DNA from: Alphaproteobacteria bacterium
Lineage (GTDB): Bacteria; Pseudomonadota; Alphaproteobacteria; Rs-D84
Direction: 5' to 3'
Assembly: GCA_017471445.1 (NCBI GenBank)
Contig: JAFUTJ010000007.1
Coordinates: forward strand, 3,498 to 67,497
Length of the DNA stretch: 64,000 bases
Shown: in pieces, positions 40,501 through 50,158 of the stretch
Layout: each line of letters opens with the position of its first letter
Numbering within the stretch: position 1 is the first letter of the stretch
Notes under the pieces: model-generated
What the model was told of the DNA's origin: nothing
What the model saw: only the letters and a program-made list of their open reading frames with translations
The model's database searches: none
Program-made: the position numbers and the translations under genes

Positions 40501-41614
40501 TCTTTGGCAAACCAACCTGGTGCAATTTCAAGGTTGGACCCGACACAATAACCGAACGACCCGAATAATCAACACGCTTACCCAACATGTTCATACGGAA
40601 ACGTCCCGATTTACCACGCAACGAATCAGACAATGATTTCAGCGGCCGACGATTTTGCGAAACCATTGGGCGCGCCTTGTGCCCATTATCAAACAGGGAA
40701 TCAACCGCTTCCTGTAACATGCGTTTTTCATTACGAATAATAATTTCCGGCGCATGCATTTCCATAAAACGTTTCAGGCGGTTATTACGAATAATCACAC
40801 GACGATACAAATCGTTCAGGTCAGATGCCGCAACATGCCCCGCATCCAATGTGACCAGTGGGCGCATATCTGGCGGAATAACCGGAATGATGTCCGGCAT
40901 CATCCATGCCGGGTCGGTCTTGGAATCCAAGAACGCTTCGACCAACTTTAATTGCTTAATTATTGATTTACGTTTCGCTTCGGACTTGGTTTCGGCCAAT
41001 TCTGCACGCAAACGCGTTCTTTCATCACCCATATCCAGGTTGGAAATAATACTGCGCACACCTTCGGCACCAATGCCAACATGAAATGCGTCGGCACCAA
41101 ATTCTTCGACTGCGGCCTGGTATTCATCTTCACTGATAACATCATATTGTTTCAGGTTTGTTAAACCCGGTTCAATAACAATGTATGCATCATATGAAAT
41201 AACCTGTTCTAATTTCTTTTGGGGTAAATTATTCAATAACGTCGCAATTTTACCTTCGCGCAGGAACCATGTATGCGCAACCGGCATTGCCAATTTGATA
41301 TGCCCCATACGTTCGCGACGCACGGCGGACGAACCAACCTCTACCCCGCAACGTTCACATACAACGCCACGGAATTTAATTCTTTTATACTTACCACACG
41401 CACATTCATAATCTTTGACCGGGCCAAAAATTTGCTGGCAAAACAGACCTTCGGCCTCTGGCTTTAATGAATGATAATTAATTGTTTCAGGCTTTTTAAC
41501 TTCGCCATGGGACCAAGACAGAATTTCTTCGGGTGACGCAATCGTAATGCGCAACGCGTCAAACTGTTCCTTGGTTTCAATTTGTCCAAATATCTTCTGC
41601 AACATATTTGTCAT
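37505..41614 (-). CDS. rpoC: DNA-directed RNA polymerase subunit beta'
   Basis: 1369 aa. It has the zinc-finger CxCGKY..CxxC and NADFDGDQM catalytic motifs. Confidence 0.98.
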   Translation of the reverse strand: MTNMLQKIFGQIETKEQFDALRITIASPEEILSWSHGEVKKPETINYHSLKPEAEGLFCQQIFGPVKDYECACGKYKRIKFRGVVCERCGVEVGSSAVRRERMGHIKLAMPVAHTWFLREGKIATLLNNLPQKKLEQVISYDAYIVIEPGLTNLKQYDVISEDEYQAAVEEFGADAFHVGIGAEGVRSIISNLDMGDERTRLRAELAETKSEAKRKSIIKQLKLVEAFLDSKTDPAWMMPDIIPVIPPDMRPLVTLDAGHVAASDLNDLYRRVIIRNNRLKRFMEMHAPEIIIRNEKRMLQEAVDSLFDNGHKARPMVSQNRRPLKSLSDSLRGKSGRFRMNMLGKRVDYSGRSVIVSGPTLKLHQVGLPKTMALELFKPFVFARLMAGDYANTLKTARKMVENGEDVVWEMLEKVIHEHPVLLNRAPSLHRLSLLAFEPVLIEGKAIRLHPLVCKGFNADFDGDQMSVHVPISLEAQLEARTLMLSSNNVLSPANGEPMIVPSQDMVLGVYYISLINGEHDDKSPRFANMDEVKLALESNTITLHTPIVARINGKVYKTTAGRMILGELLPKRDDMPFDLVNKVMPVKEIKALLATTYERCGDKETILLADALKNTGFEQAARSGISIGFNDIVIPEEKEKMIGDAEKAAEEIESQYQNGLLSAGERHNKLIDLWQKTTDKLGDLAYAALGKTTGDNWNSVLMMALSGARGSKRQIQQLAGMRGMMQKPDGSIIEVPIISNFKEGLTMSEYFTSTHGARKGMSDTALKTAEAGYLTRRLVELAQNTVITEHDCGTSEFITAKPVYQGSTLSVALGDVVLGRTAAHDIIHPLTKEMIVPAGELITKSAAKKINESGLPSVDVRSVLTCCSDGLCAKCYGMDLSRNALVHVGEAVGIIAGQSIGEPGTQLTLRTFHIGGVAAGGAESHFIEAPVAGTIKLTGVNTIKNSVGRVVVLSRNGELNIVDAKGEKLFSTSLPYASMLIVNDGETVERGAKVAEWDPYSNTIIAEKDGIVQFNDLLENVSYQEEVDSMTGIVSRKVINWKTNTKKALKPAVTLVDDKGNVISLGGKKIAEYLLPIYSVLNVANGATVRAGDILARIPVQTKRTSDITGGLPRVEELLEVRRPTNPALLAETDGTVELEDAKSKIIIRIEPADGTAPVEYAVPKGTNLLVRSGDVVKRAEKLVDGEPVPQDILRILGQKALATFMVEQIQAVYRLQGVVINDKHIEILIREMTRRVEIINPGDTGFLMGQVVDRVDFEEENARVAHDGGRVAEASQVLVGLTRASLTSRSFISNASFQQTTKVLVDAAISGSTDKLVGINENLIVGRLIPVGTGAYVRRVREIARDEERAEKLARDGGRQQQLLDI

Positions 41615-41659
41615 ATCTTATAGCTCCTTTCAGTCGCTTTATGTTAATTGCTGGTTGAT

Positions 41660-41707
41660 GGTTGTTGGTCGTCAGTTGTTAATAAATATAACCAACAACT
41701 AACAACC
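41660..41707 (-). other. GGTTGTT/AACAACC repeat hairpin in the rpoB-rpoC spacer
   Basis: ggttgtt (41660-66) and agttgtt (41674-80) pair with aacaact (41694-700) and aacaacc (41701-07). There is a 7-nt bulge and a 13-nt loop. Confidence 0.4.
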
Positions 41708-41720
41708 AAAAAGCCAACAA

Positions 41721-44700
41721 CTAATCAATCTTTTTCGGTGTCATTGCCAGACCCAATCCGCGCAATTCGCGCACCAAGACATTAAATGCCTCTGGCGTGC
41801 CCATTTGGATATCATTGCTGCCGGAAATGATGGATTCGTACATCTTGTTACGGCCAACAATGTCGTCTGATTTAACAGTCAACATTTCACGCAGCAGGTG
41901 TGCGGCACCATGTGCTTCTAAGGCCCAAACCTCCATTTCACCCAGTCGCTGGCCACCCATGTGGGCTTTACCAGACAATGGCTGTTGGGTAACCAATGAA
42001 TAGCTGCCGATGGAACGCGCATGAATCTTTTCATCAACAAAGTGATGCAGTTTCAACATGTACATAACACCAACCGTTACCGGGCGTGCAAACTTTTCAC
42101 CGGTCATACCATCGTATAAGGTAAATTGCCCTGTTTCGGGTAATCCTGCTAATTTCAGCATTGAACGAATGTCGTCTGGACTGGCCCCGTTAAAGGTCGG
42201 GGTCGCCATTGGAACACCTTCGCGTAACAAAGACGCTTCGGCACGAACATCGGTATCGGTCATCTTGGACAATTTTTCTGCCGTTGCCGGACCATAAATC
42301 TTGCCCATGATATTACGCAAATCGTCGGTTACGGCACGTTTTGCGCGAACTTCGTCCAAAACATCGCCGATTTGTTTACCCAACGTACGCGCGGCCATAC
42401 CAAGGTGCGTTTCCAAAATCTGGCCGATGTTCATACGCGACGGCACACCCAACGGATTCAGAACAATATCAACCGGTGTACCATCTTCCATGTATGGCAT
42501 ATCTTCAACCGGAACAACGCGGGAAACAATACCCTTGTTACCGTGACGACCGGCCATTTTATCACCCGGTTGCAATTTCATTTTGTGGGCGATGTAAACC
42601 TTGACTTCTTTCAAGACACCGGCATTCAGTGAATTGCTTTCTGTCGCCTTGGCAACTTCGGCATCGGCCACTTCATTCAATGTCTTTAATTTCAGAACAT
42701 GCTGTTCGCGTAATTCATCAATTTTAACCTGAACATCTTTGTTCTTTACGACCAATTTTTTAACATCGCTGGCACGGATTCCATCAAACACTTCGGCGGT
42801 TAATTTTTTACCGACGAATGGTTTCAGACTGCCCGAACCGGAATCAATGACTTCGTTTTCGGCCAATTGAAATACTTGGTCAGCAAAGCCCTTTTCTATA
42901 ATTGCGATTTCTTCTTCGCGGTCTTTGTTAATTTGTTCAATTTTTTGCAATTCAATCATCTGGGTGCGTTCGTCTTTCTTGACACCATGACGCGTCAAAA
43001 CGTTTACACCGATAACCGTACCTTCTTCGTTCGGTCCGACTTTCAGTGATGTATCTTTGACATTCAACGCCTTTTCACCAAAGATGTTGCGCAATAACGC
43101 CTCTTCTGGGGTTAACAAGGTTTCAGATTTTGGCGAAACACGCCCAACCAGAATATCACCCTGCTTTACGCGCGCACCGATATAGATGATACCGGATTCG
43201 TCCAGGTTTTTCAGTGCATCTTCACCAACGTTTGGAATATCGCGCGTCAGGCTTTCCGGCCCCAATTGTGTATCACGAACCTTGATTTCCTTTTCAACGA
43301 TTTTGATAGATGTAAACGCATCATCGCGGGAAATACGTTCCGATATAACGATAGCATCTTCGTAGTTATAACCACGCCATGGCACAAACGCAACCAATAC
43401 ATTACGTCCCAACGCCAATTCACCATAGTTCATTGATGCGCCGTCGGCGATAATATCGCCTGCAGAAACACGGTCACCAACCTTGACCAATGGTTTTTGA
43501 TGGATAATGGTTTCACTGTTGCTGCGTTCAAATTTTTCCAGGTTATAAATATCAACCCCTGTCACGACATTGCGACTGTTCATGCACTTTACCACAATGC
43601 GATTTGCATCAACGGATTCAACAATACCACTGTGCTTTGCGACCTTGCCCGTGCGGGAATCACGCGCAACTTCGCGCTCAATACCGGTACCAACCAACGG
43701 GGCCTGAACCCGCATCAGTGGAACCGCCTGGCGTTGCATATTGGAACCCATCAACGCACGGTTTGCGTCATCGTTTTCAACGAACGGGATTAATCCGGTT
43801 GCGATTGAAACCACCTGACGCGGTTCAACATCGATCATGTCAACGTCAGCCACCGGAACCATTGTAAATTCGCCATCAACACGTGCCGTAACGGTTTCAC
43901 CCAATAATGCACCATGTTCATCGGTCGGGGTATTACCCTGGGCAATTTTGTGTCCCAATTCTTCATCCGCCGTCAGATAAACCATCTTGTCTGTAATTTT
44001 TCCGTTTTCAACAACGTAATATGGCGTTTCAATAAACCCGTATGGATTTACACGTGCATATATAGACAAGTGATTAATCAGACCAATATTTGCCCCTTCG
44101 GGTGTGTGAATTGGACACAACCGGCCATAGTGTGTTGGATGAACGTCACGTACGTCAATACCCGCGCGTTCACGGTTCAGACCACCCGGCCCCAATGCCG
44201 ACACCAAACGTTTATGTTCCAATTCTGCCAACGGATTATACGCATCCATAAACTGGGACAATTGTGATGTACCCAAGAATTCGGAAACCAAGCTCATCAA
44301 CGGTTTAACGTTAATAACGTCTTGGGGTTGCATGTTGGAAATATTCGGGCTGCTTAACGCTTCGCGTACCAGGCGTTCAATACGCACCATACCGGTACGG
44401 AAATTTTGTTCCAACAATTCACCAACCGTACGAACACGACGATTAGACAGATTATCAATATCATCAATAGTATCGCGATGATCGATAATATTTGTTAATG
44501 TCTTTAACACCGCCAAGAAATCCGTCTTTGTCAACAGACGTTCATCTTCTGGCCGTTTACCAGATTCAATTTTCAGACGCTTGTTCATCTTGAAACGACC
44601 AACCGCCGACAAATCATAATAAGCCGCCTCGAAACCTTGACGCAAGAACAAGTTAATCGCCGCTTCTAGTGTTGGGCGTTCGCCCGGACGAATGATATTA

Positions 44701-45857
44701 TAAATTTCAATCAACGCCTCTTCCCGGTTTGCAGTTTTATCGGTAACCAGCGTATTGCGCATGTGCGATGAAACCGTTGTATTATCAATTGCGATTAACG
44801 AAATTTCCTTGACACCCATTTTGTCCAAATCTGACAAAACTTCTTCGGTTAATTCGGTACCAGCCGGGAATACAACGTCACCACCGTTCATAACTGGGTC
44901 AAATAGGTATTCACCCACCAGTGATTCTGGCAACATACCGTATTTCTTGGATGTCGTTGCAATTTTGGCCAGGCGTTTTGCATTTAATCTGTCACCTTTT
45001 GTGGCCAACGCCTTTTTATCCTTTGGATTAATAATATCGTAATTCAGACGATATTTTTCCAACCCATCAAACGCAGCCACATCGCCAATCCACATATTTC
45101 CATCAAAAGACAACGGCAAACGTTTATAAAACGCAGACAAGATTTCTGTATCACTCATCCCGCGAATTGATGCACTGCGCGGGTTTGCAATCCATTTCTT
45201 TTCATCGTCAACCGATGGCAAACACCGCAACAACACAGTTGCCGGAACCTTGCGCCGACGGTCAATACGAACATAAATTACACCCTTGGATTCTTCAAAA
45301 TCAATCCAAGAACCGTGTTCCGGAATGATACGCGCAGTATATGTTGTTGGATTGCCGGCAACCTTGGCTTCCTTGGTTGTGGCAAACACAACACCCTGGG
45401 CACGGTGCATTTGTGATACGATAACACGTTCAACACCGGCGGCAATAAAGCTGCCACGTTCGGTCATTAACGGGACATCGCCCATGAATATCTCTTGTTC
45501 TTTGATGTCGCGCAATGTTTTTTTACCATCTTCTGCAACATCCCATAAAATCAATCTCAGCTTCAGTTTCAGTTTGCTGGAATATGTCATATTCCGCAAC
45601 ATGCATTCCTTGACATTATATACCGGCTTGTCCAAAGTGTATTCAACAAATTCCAAATCGGCAACACCTGCGTAATCCTTAATCGGGAACATGGATGAAA
45701 AAACGTTCTGCAACCCCATATTTTTACGATTTTGTGGTGCAACATCGGCCTGCAAAAAGTCTTTGTAGGAATTGTATTGAATTTCAACCAAGTCGGGAAG
45801 CGGAGTTTGCAAAAAACTTTTACCAAAAGATTTTCTAATTTTCTGGATAACTGCCAT
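41721..45857 (-). CDS. rpoB: DNA-directed RNA polymerase subunit beta
   Basis: The start MAVIQKIRKSFGK is preceded by AAGGA. Conserved Rif-region and C-terminal motifs are present. The track start at 45932 adds 25 non-conserved residues. Confidence 0.98.
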   Translation of the reverse strand: MAVIQKIRKSFGKSFLQTPLPDLVEIQYNSYKDFLQADVAPQNRKNMGLQNVFSSMFPIKDYAGVADLEFVEYTLDKPVYNVKECMLRNMTYSSKLKLKLRLILWDVAEDGKKTLRDIKEQEIFMGDVPLMTERGSFIAAGVERVIVSQMHRAQGVVFATTKEAKVAGNPTTYTARIIPEHGSWIDFEESKGVIYVRIDRRRKVPATVLLRCLPSVDDEKKWIANPRSASIRGMSDTEILSAFYKRLPLSFDGNMWIGDVAAFDGLEKYRLNYDIINPKDKKALATKGDRLNAKRLAKIATTSKKYGMLPESLVGEYLFDPVMNGGDVVFPAGTELTEEVLSDLDKMGVKEISLIAIDNTTVSSHMRNTLVTDKTANREEALIEIYNIIRPGERPTLEAAINLFLRQGFEAAYYDLSAVGRFKMNKRLKIESGKRPEDERLLTKTDFLAVLKTLTNIIDHRDTIDDIDNLSNRRVRTVGELLEQNFRTGMVRIERLVREALSSPNISNMQPQDVINVKPLMSLVSEFLGTSQLSQFMDAYNPLAELEHKRLVSALGPGGLNRERAGIDVRDVHPTHYGRLCPIHTPEGANIGLINHLSIYARVNPYGFIETPYYVVENGKITDKMVYLTADEELGHKIAQGNTPTDEHGALLGETVTARVDGEFTMVPVADVDMIDVEPRQVVSIATGLIPFVENDDANRALMGSNMQRQAVPLMRVQAPLVGTGIEREVARDSRTGKVAKHSGIVESVDANRIVVKCMNSRNVVTGVDIYNLEKFERSNSETIIHQKPLVKVGDRVSAGDIIADGASMNYGELALGRNVLVAFVPWRGYNYEDAIVISERISRDDAFTSIKIVEKEIKVRDTQLGPESLTRDIPNVGEDALKNLDESGIIYIGARVKQGDILVGRVSPKSETLLTPEEALLRNIFGEKALNVKDTSLKVGPNEEGTVIGVNVLTRHGVKKDERTQMIELQKIEQINKDREEEIAIIEKGFADQVFQLAENEVIDSGSGSLKPFVGKKLTAEVFDGIRASDVKKLVVKNKDVQVKIDELREQHVLKLKTLNEVADAEVAKATESNSLNAGVLKEVKVYIAHKMKLQPGDKMAGRHGNKGIVSRVVPVEDMPYMEDGTPVDIVLNPLGVPSRMNIGQILETHLGMAARTLGKQIGDVLDEVRAKRAVTDDLRNIMGKIYGPATAEKLSKMTDTDVRAEASLLREGVPMATPTFNGASPDDIRSMLKLAGLPETGQFTLYDGMTGEKFARPVTVGVMYMLKLHHFVDEKIHARSIGSYSLVTQQPLSGKAHMGGQRLGEMEVWALEAHGAAHLLREMLTVKSDDIVGRNKMYESIISGSNDIQMGTPEAFNVLVRELRGLGLAMTPKKID

Positions 45858-45999
45858 GGGTATCAATCCTTTTTTGTTATGCGTTTTGCAAACGAATCTA
45901 TCGTCTTTTTTTTCGCCACCAAGCCCGCCCATAAAAATCTGGGCGGGTGGTGATTTGCCCCGAATATACGCCCGGGGCGTGCGTTTTTGTTTAGTTAAA

Positions 46000-46365
46000 T
46001 TATTTCAATTCAACCTTGGCACCTGCTGCTTCTAACGATGCTTTCATTTTGTCTGCTTCGTCCTTCGCAACAGCTTCTTTTACGGTCTTTGGTGCAGATT
46101 CAACCAAGGCTTTTGCTTCGCCCAGGCCCAAACCTGTGATTTCCTTAACGGCCTTGATAACCGCCAATTTGTTCGCACCAACGTCGGCCAAAACAACGTC
46201 AAATTCAGACTTTTCTTCTGCAGCAGCAGCAGCCGGACCCGCAGCAACAGCCACAGCGGCGGCGGCACTAACGCCCCATGTTTCTTCCAATGCTTTGGAC
46301 AGTTCAACTGCTTCCAAAACGGTCAATTTTGACAATTCTTCAACTAATTTCTGAATGTCTGCCAT
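46000..46365 (-). CDS. rplL: 50S ribosomal protein L7/L12
   Basis: [32 protein letters not shown], an Ala-rich hinge, and a C-terminal KVELK. Confidence 0.95.
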   Translation of the reverse strand: MADIQKLVEELSKLTVLEAVELSKALEETWGVSAAAAVAVAAGPAAAAAEEKSEFDVVLADVGANKLAVIKAVKEITGLGLGEAKALVESAPKTVKEAVAKDEADKMKASLEAAGAKVELK

Positions 46366-46396
46366 TTTTTGCTCCTATATATTCTTTTTTAGGTTT

Positions 46397-46873
46397 TTAA
46401 TTCTTTTTTCCGTATTCGCCAGAAACACGTGCCAAGCGCGATGCCGGTTCAACCAATATACGCGCAATTGTACCACGAATTTCCAACAACGACGGCAGTT
46501 TGGATAATTGCACAATGCCATTCACATCCAATACGTCCGCATCCATTTTACCACCAACGATTGTCAAATTCGGATGTTCTTCGGCGAATTTGGCCAATAC
46601 CTTGGTCACCGCCAGGCCGTCTGTTGCAATTGCAACCGCGGTCGGGCGTTTCATCATGTCGGACACAGGTGCAAAGTCGGTGTCTTTCAACGCCAACTTC
46701 ATCAAACGGTTTTTGACAACCTTGAACAAAGATACAGAACCGCGCAATTCGTTACGCAAGATTTCCATTTCTTTTACGGTCAACCCATGGTTTTCAATAA
46801 CGAAAACACCGTTTGCCGATTGAAGCGATGACTGCAACGATGAAATCAAATCTGATTTTTCTTCGCGTTTCAT
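46397..46873 (-). CDS. rplJ: 50S ribosomal protein L10
   Basis: Position between rplA and rplL, with L10-like sequence (GLTVKEMEILRNELR). Confidence 0.93.
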   Translation of the reverse strand: MKREEKSDLISSLQSSLQSANGVFVIENHGLTVKEMEILRNELRGSVSLFKVVKNRLMKLALKDTDFAPVSDMMKRPTAVAIATDGLAVTKVLAKFAEEHPNLTIVGGKMDADVLDVNGIVQLSKLPSLLEIRGTIARILVEPASRLARVSGEYGKKN

Positions 46874-47058
46874 CTGTTATACCCTTACTACTTCTTTTGT
46901 TAACTTTCCATCCGGTGTTGCCACCGATATGGGGCCTTTTGTTCCTGCCCCAAAGAAACTTTTCTTTGTCTATGATGGGAATTAAGCGTTGCCGCACCAT
47001 CAGTCTTGGACAGAAATCTGTTCTTTGTCGGCGACACATTACAGTCCGCCGACAAAAA
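46874..47058 (-). promoter_or_regulatory. rplJ 5' leader (possible L10-leader autoregulatory RNA)
   Basis: 185-nt untranslated spacer between rplA and rplJ with the hairpin UGUCGGCG...CGCCGACA. The assignment rests on position only. Confidence 0.35.
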
Positions 47059-47733
47059 TTATTTTACATCAATTTTCAAGCCCGGACCCTGGGTTGTTGC
47101 AACAGATGCACCCAAGATATATTGCCCCTTGGCGGATGCCGGTTTAACCTTTTTCAATTGTTCAATCAATGCGTTTGCATTTTCAACCAATTGTTCGGTT
47201 GTAAACGACATCTTGCCCAGCCCGGCATGAATAATACCGTTCTTTTCTGCACGATATTCAATTTGGCCCGCCTTGGCGGTTTTTACTGCATCGGCAACGT
47301 TGTTTGTAACCGTACCCAGTTTTGGATTCGGCATTAACCCCTTGGGACCCAAGATACGTGCGATTTTCGACATTTTCGGCATCATATCCGGTGTCGCAAT
47401 TACACGATCAAAGTTAATTTCACCGCCGGCAACACGTTCAATCAAATCTTCGCCACCAACGACGTCGGCACCTGCTTTCTGGGCTTCATCGGCCGAATTA
47501 ACAGTAAACACCGCAACACGTACAGTTTTGCCCGTACCATTTGGCAATGACAACATGCCGCGAATATTCTGGTCTGCCTTGGTTACATCAATACCCAAGC
47601 GAACTGCGATTTCCAGACTTTCATCAAATTTTTTGGAACAGAACGGACGCAATGCATCAACTGCATCAGCCAGCGTGTAAACCATATCGCGATTTAATTC
47701 CGCCCAAGTTTGCTGTCTTTTTGTTGCTTTCAT
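47059..47733 (-). CDS. rplA: 50S ribosomal protein L1
   Basis: FDESLEIAVRLGIDVTKADQNIRG...LPNGTGK. Confidence 0.95.
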   Translation of the reverse strand: MKATKRQQTWAELNRDMVYTLADAVDALRPFCSKKFDESLEIAVRLGIDVTKADQNIRGMLSLPNGTGKTVRVAVFTVNSADEAQKAGADVVGGEDLIERVAGGEINFDRVIATPDMMPKMSKIARILGPKGLMPNPKLGTVTNNVADAVKTAKAGQIEYRAEKNGIIHAGLGKMSFTTEQLVENANALIEQLKKVKPASAKGQYILGASVATTQGPGLKIDVK

Positions 47734-47737
47734 GTCT

Positions 47738-48169
47738 TTATTCCTCCACCTTTACGCCCATTGAACGGCATTGACCCGCAACGATATTCATCGCAGATTC
47801 AATGGTAGAGCAATTCAAATCCGGCATTTTATTTTCTGCAATTTCTTTGATTTGCGCACGTGTAATTGTACCGACAAAATCACGACCCGGCTTGTGCGAG
47901 CCAATCTTTAATTTCAACGCCTTTTTAATATAGTATGATACCGGCGGCAATTTCATAATAAACTCGAAACTGCGGTCTGTATACACCGTGATAATACACG
48001 GAATCGGCATGCCCGGTTCTTTATCAGACGTTTTATCGTTAAATTGTTTGCAGAATTCGGCGATATTAACACCCGCCGCACCCAACGCCGGCCCAATCGG
48101 TGGCGCAGGATTTGCCTGTTTGGCGGGGACAACCAACTTCACAATCCCCTTTAATTCTTTCTTTGCCAT
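47738..48169 (-). CDS. rplK: 50S ribosomal protein L11
   Basis: [34 protein letters not shown]. Confidence 0.95.
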   Translation of the reverse strand: MAKKELKGIVKLVVPAKQANPAPPIGPALGAAGVNIAEFCKQFNDKTSDKEPGMPIPCIITVYTDRSFEFIMKLPPVSYYIKKALKLKIGSHKPGRDFVGTITRAQIKEIAENKMPDLNCSTIESAMNIVAGQCRSMGVKVEE

Positions 48170-48269
48170 TTTTTACTCCATCTTTTGTTTTTTTTGAGTC
48201 TTTGTGGTACGATGTTGGCGCATCTGCCACAAACTTTAATGCCACATGGGAATTACCCCACACAACACA

Positions 48270-48803
48270 TTAAACCCGTTCAACCTGGGTGAAATCAAGT
48301 TCCACACTGGTTTCGCGACCGAACACCAAAATCGTTACGGTCATTTTTTGTTTTAAGTTATCAACTTCGCTGGCAATACCATTAAAGCCCGCAAACGGCC
48401 CATCAATAACATGTACTTCTTGACCCACCTCGTAATCAACCTCGTCACTGGCGGTCGCCCCCTCCTCTACTTGACGCATCAGACGACGCGCCTCCTCTTC
48501 GGTGACTGCAATCGGCTTGTTACGGGCACCCAAGAACATAACCACCTGGGGCAACAACTTTACCAACGAAAAAGTTTCGTTATTCATAACCATCTGAACT
48601 ACGATATAACCCGGAAAAAACTTTCTTTCGGTCTTAACGCGCTTACCCCCCTTAATCTCAGTCACTTCGCGCGTCGGCACCAGAATTTCACCAAAATACG
48701 CATTCAGGCGACGCTTGTCAATCTGTTCACGTAACGAACGCGCAACCTTGTCTTCGCAACTCGTGTGCACATTTACAACGAACCACTGCATTTTATCTTC
48801 CAT
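48270..48803 (-). CDS. nusG: transcription termination/antitermination factor NusG
   Basis: WFVVNVHTSCEDKV (NGN domain) and a KOW motif (GQEVHVIDGPFAGFNG). AAGGGA SD. Confidence 0.93.
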   Translation of the reverse strand: MEDKMQWFVVNVHTSCEDKVARSLREQIDKRRLNAYFGEILVPTREVTEIKGGKRVKTERKFFPGYIVVQMVMNNETFSLVKLLPQVVMFLGARNKPIAVTEEEARRLMRQVEEGATASDEVDYEVGQEVHVIDGPFAGFNGIASEVDNLKQKMTVTILVFGRETSVELDFTQVERV

Positions 48804-48836
48804 CTGCGTCCCTTTTTGCTTCGTTTTTTTATTTTT

Positions 48837-49028
48837 TTAGAAAATCCACCCAACAACGGTATTCAGCACACTGTCCACGACAAAAAAGAACAATGCCGCC
48901 AACCCAGAAAACACCAAAATCATGATTGTTGCACGAATAACCGCATCACGCGATGGCCATACAATTTTGAACCATTCACTGCGCACCGATTTAATATATT
49001 CCAGCACTTTTTTCATCAATTTTTCCAC
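48837..49028 (-). CDS. secE: preprotein translocase subunit SecE
   Basis: 63 aa with a single C-terminal TM, KSVRSEWFKIVWPSRD. It lies between tRNA-Trp and nusG. Confidence 0.8.
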   Translation of the reverse strand: MEKLMKKVLEYIKSVRSEWFKIVWPSRDAVIRATIMILVFSGLAALFFFVVDSVLNTVVGWIF

Positions 49029-49048
49029 CGTTTGCGGGCGTTTTTTCC

Positions 49049-49122
49049 TGGCAGGGGCAAAAGGAATCGAACCCTTATCCGCGGTTTTGGAGACCGATAT
49101 TCTACCGTTGAACTATGCCCCT
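49049..49122 (-). tRNA. trnW: tRNA-Trp (anticodon CCA)
   Basis: Manual cloverleaf: acceptor AGGGGCA/UGCCCCU, anticodon loop CUCCAAA, T-loop UUCGAUU, encoded CCA. 74 nt. Confidence 0.9.
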
Positions 49123-49459
49123 GTATCCGTTTACGCCCTTGCACCCAACAGTCCGTGGTACAATAGCACACCCGAATAAAAAATCAAGTGGAAATATTAT
49201 AATGTTTATGTCTTTTTTGCGCAAGCAAAAAAGCATTCGTTGTATACGAAAGATTACGCCATACCCCGCGTATTGGTTTTGCGACACGGTAAACGATTAA
49301 AAAGTGTTCACAATTAAATATAACACACCCATAGATTACACCAACAATACGAATCGGTTTATAATTTTTCACCCTTACCTATTATTGTCTTATTTTTTTC
49401 CTTGCATGGGGCATGGTTGTTTTTCTAGAATCCAATAAAAGCATAGGAAGAGGGAACAC

Positions 49460-50140
49460 GTGCCAGACCGCATAGAACCGCCAATTTTGTTATCACGGAT
49501 GTTAACATTCGTATTTGCCGCCGCCGCGGTTATGTTGGTGGTTATGATTGTTACTGTCGCGAATATGTTTCCACTGACCCGTCCCCAGGTTTTTATTTTA
49601 ACCACCCAACCACGCGCCGATGTTGAAATGGTGGTTCAGGCAATGTCACCAGACGATGCAAATGTTGAAATGTATAAAATCAACTTTATCAAAGAATACA
49701 TCAAGGCACGCAATGAAATTGTAACAGATAGGCAATTTATGCGAAAAAAATGGGACAATTCTGAATACGGCATTGTGCGAAATTGGTCTGGGGATGCGGT
49801 GTTGCGCGATTTTTATCAAACATCAATGGTAAATGCGATTCTGAATGATATGCCTGAATTTGAGTTTCAATGTCCGGTGGAATTTCGCAACGGCGCAATA
49901 AAACCGTATCGTGGGGATGATACATACCAGGTCAGTTTTAGTTATTTCTGTTCAGATAGCAATAGACAAAGCCCACGGAAAGATTATACCATTATAGTAA
50001 AATTAGAATTTGATGCCAACGCGGGGCGGCCAATGCGGTGGGCGAACCGTATAAATAATCCGTTGGGTATACGGATTTCAGAATACAACGTTGGCAATGG
50101 CGGGGACCCACTGAACGGGTTTTCGGATGATGCGCAATAA
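49460..50140 (+). CDS. virB8: type IV secretion protein VirB8
   Basis: GTG start after AGGAAGAGGG. N-terminal TM helix, an NTF2-like body, and a near-C-terminal NNPLGIRISEYNV (VirB8 NPxG signature). Confidence 0.8.
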   Translation: MPDRIEPPILLSRMLTFVFAAAAVMLVVMIVTVANMFPLTRPQVFILTTQPRADVEMVVQAMSPDDANVEMYKINFIKEYIKARNEIVTDRQFMRKKWDNSEYGIVRNWSGDAVLRDFYQTSMVNAILNDMPEFEFQCPVEFRNGAIKPYRGDDTYQVSFSYFCSDSNRQSPRKDYTIIVKLEFDANAGRPMRWANRINNPLGIRISEYNVGNGGDPLNGFSDDAQ

Positions 50141-50158
50141 AAAAGAAAGGAAAGACAG

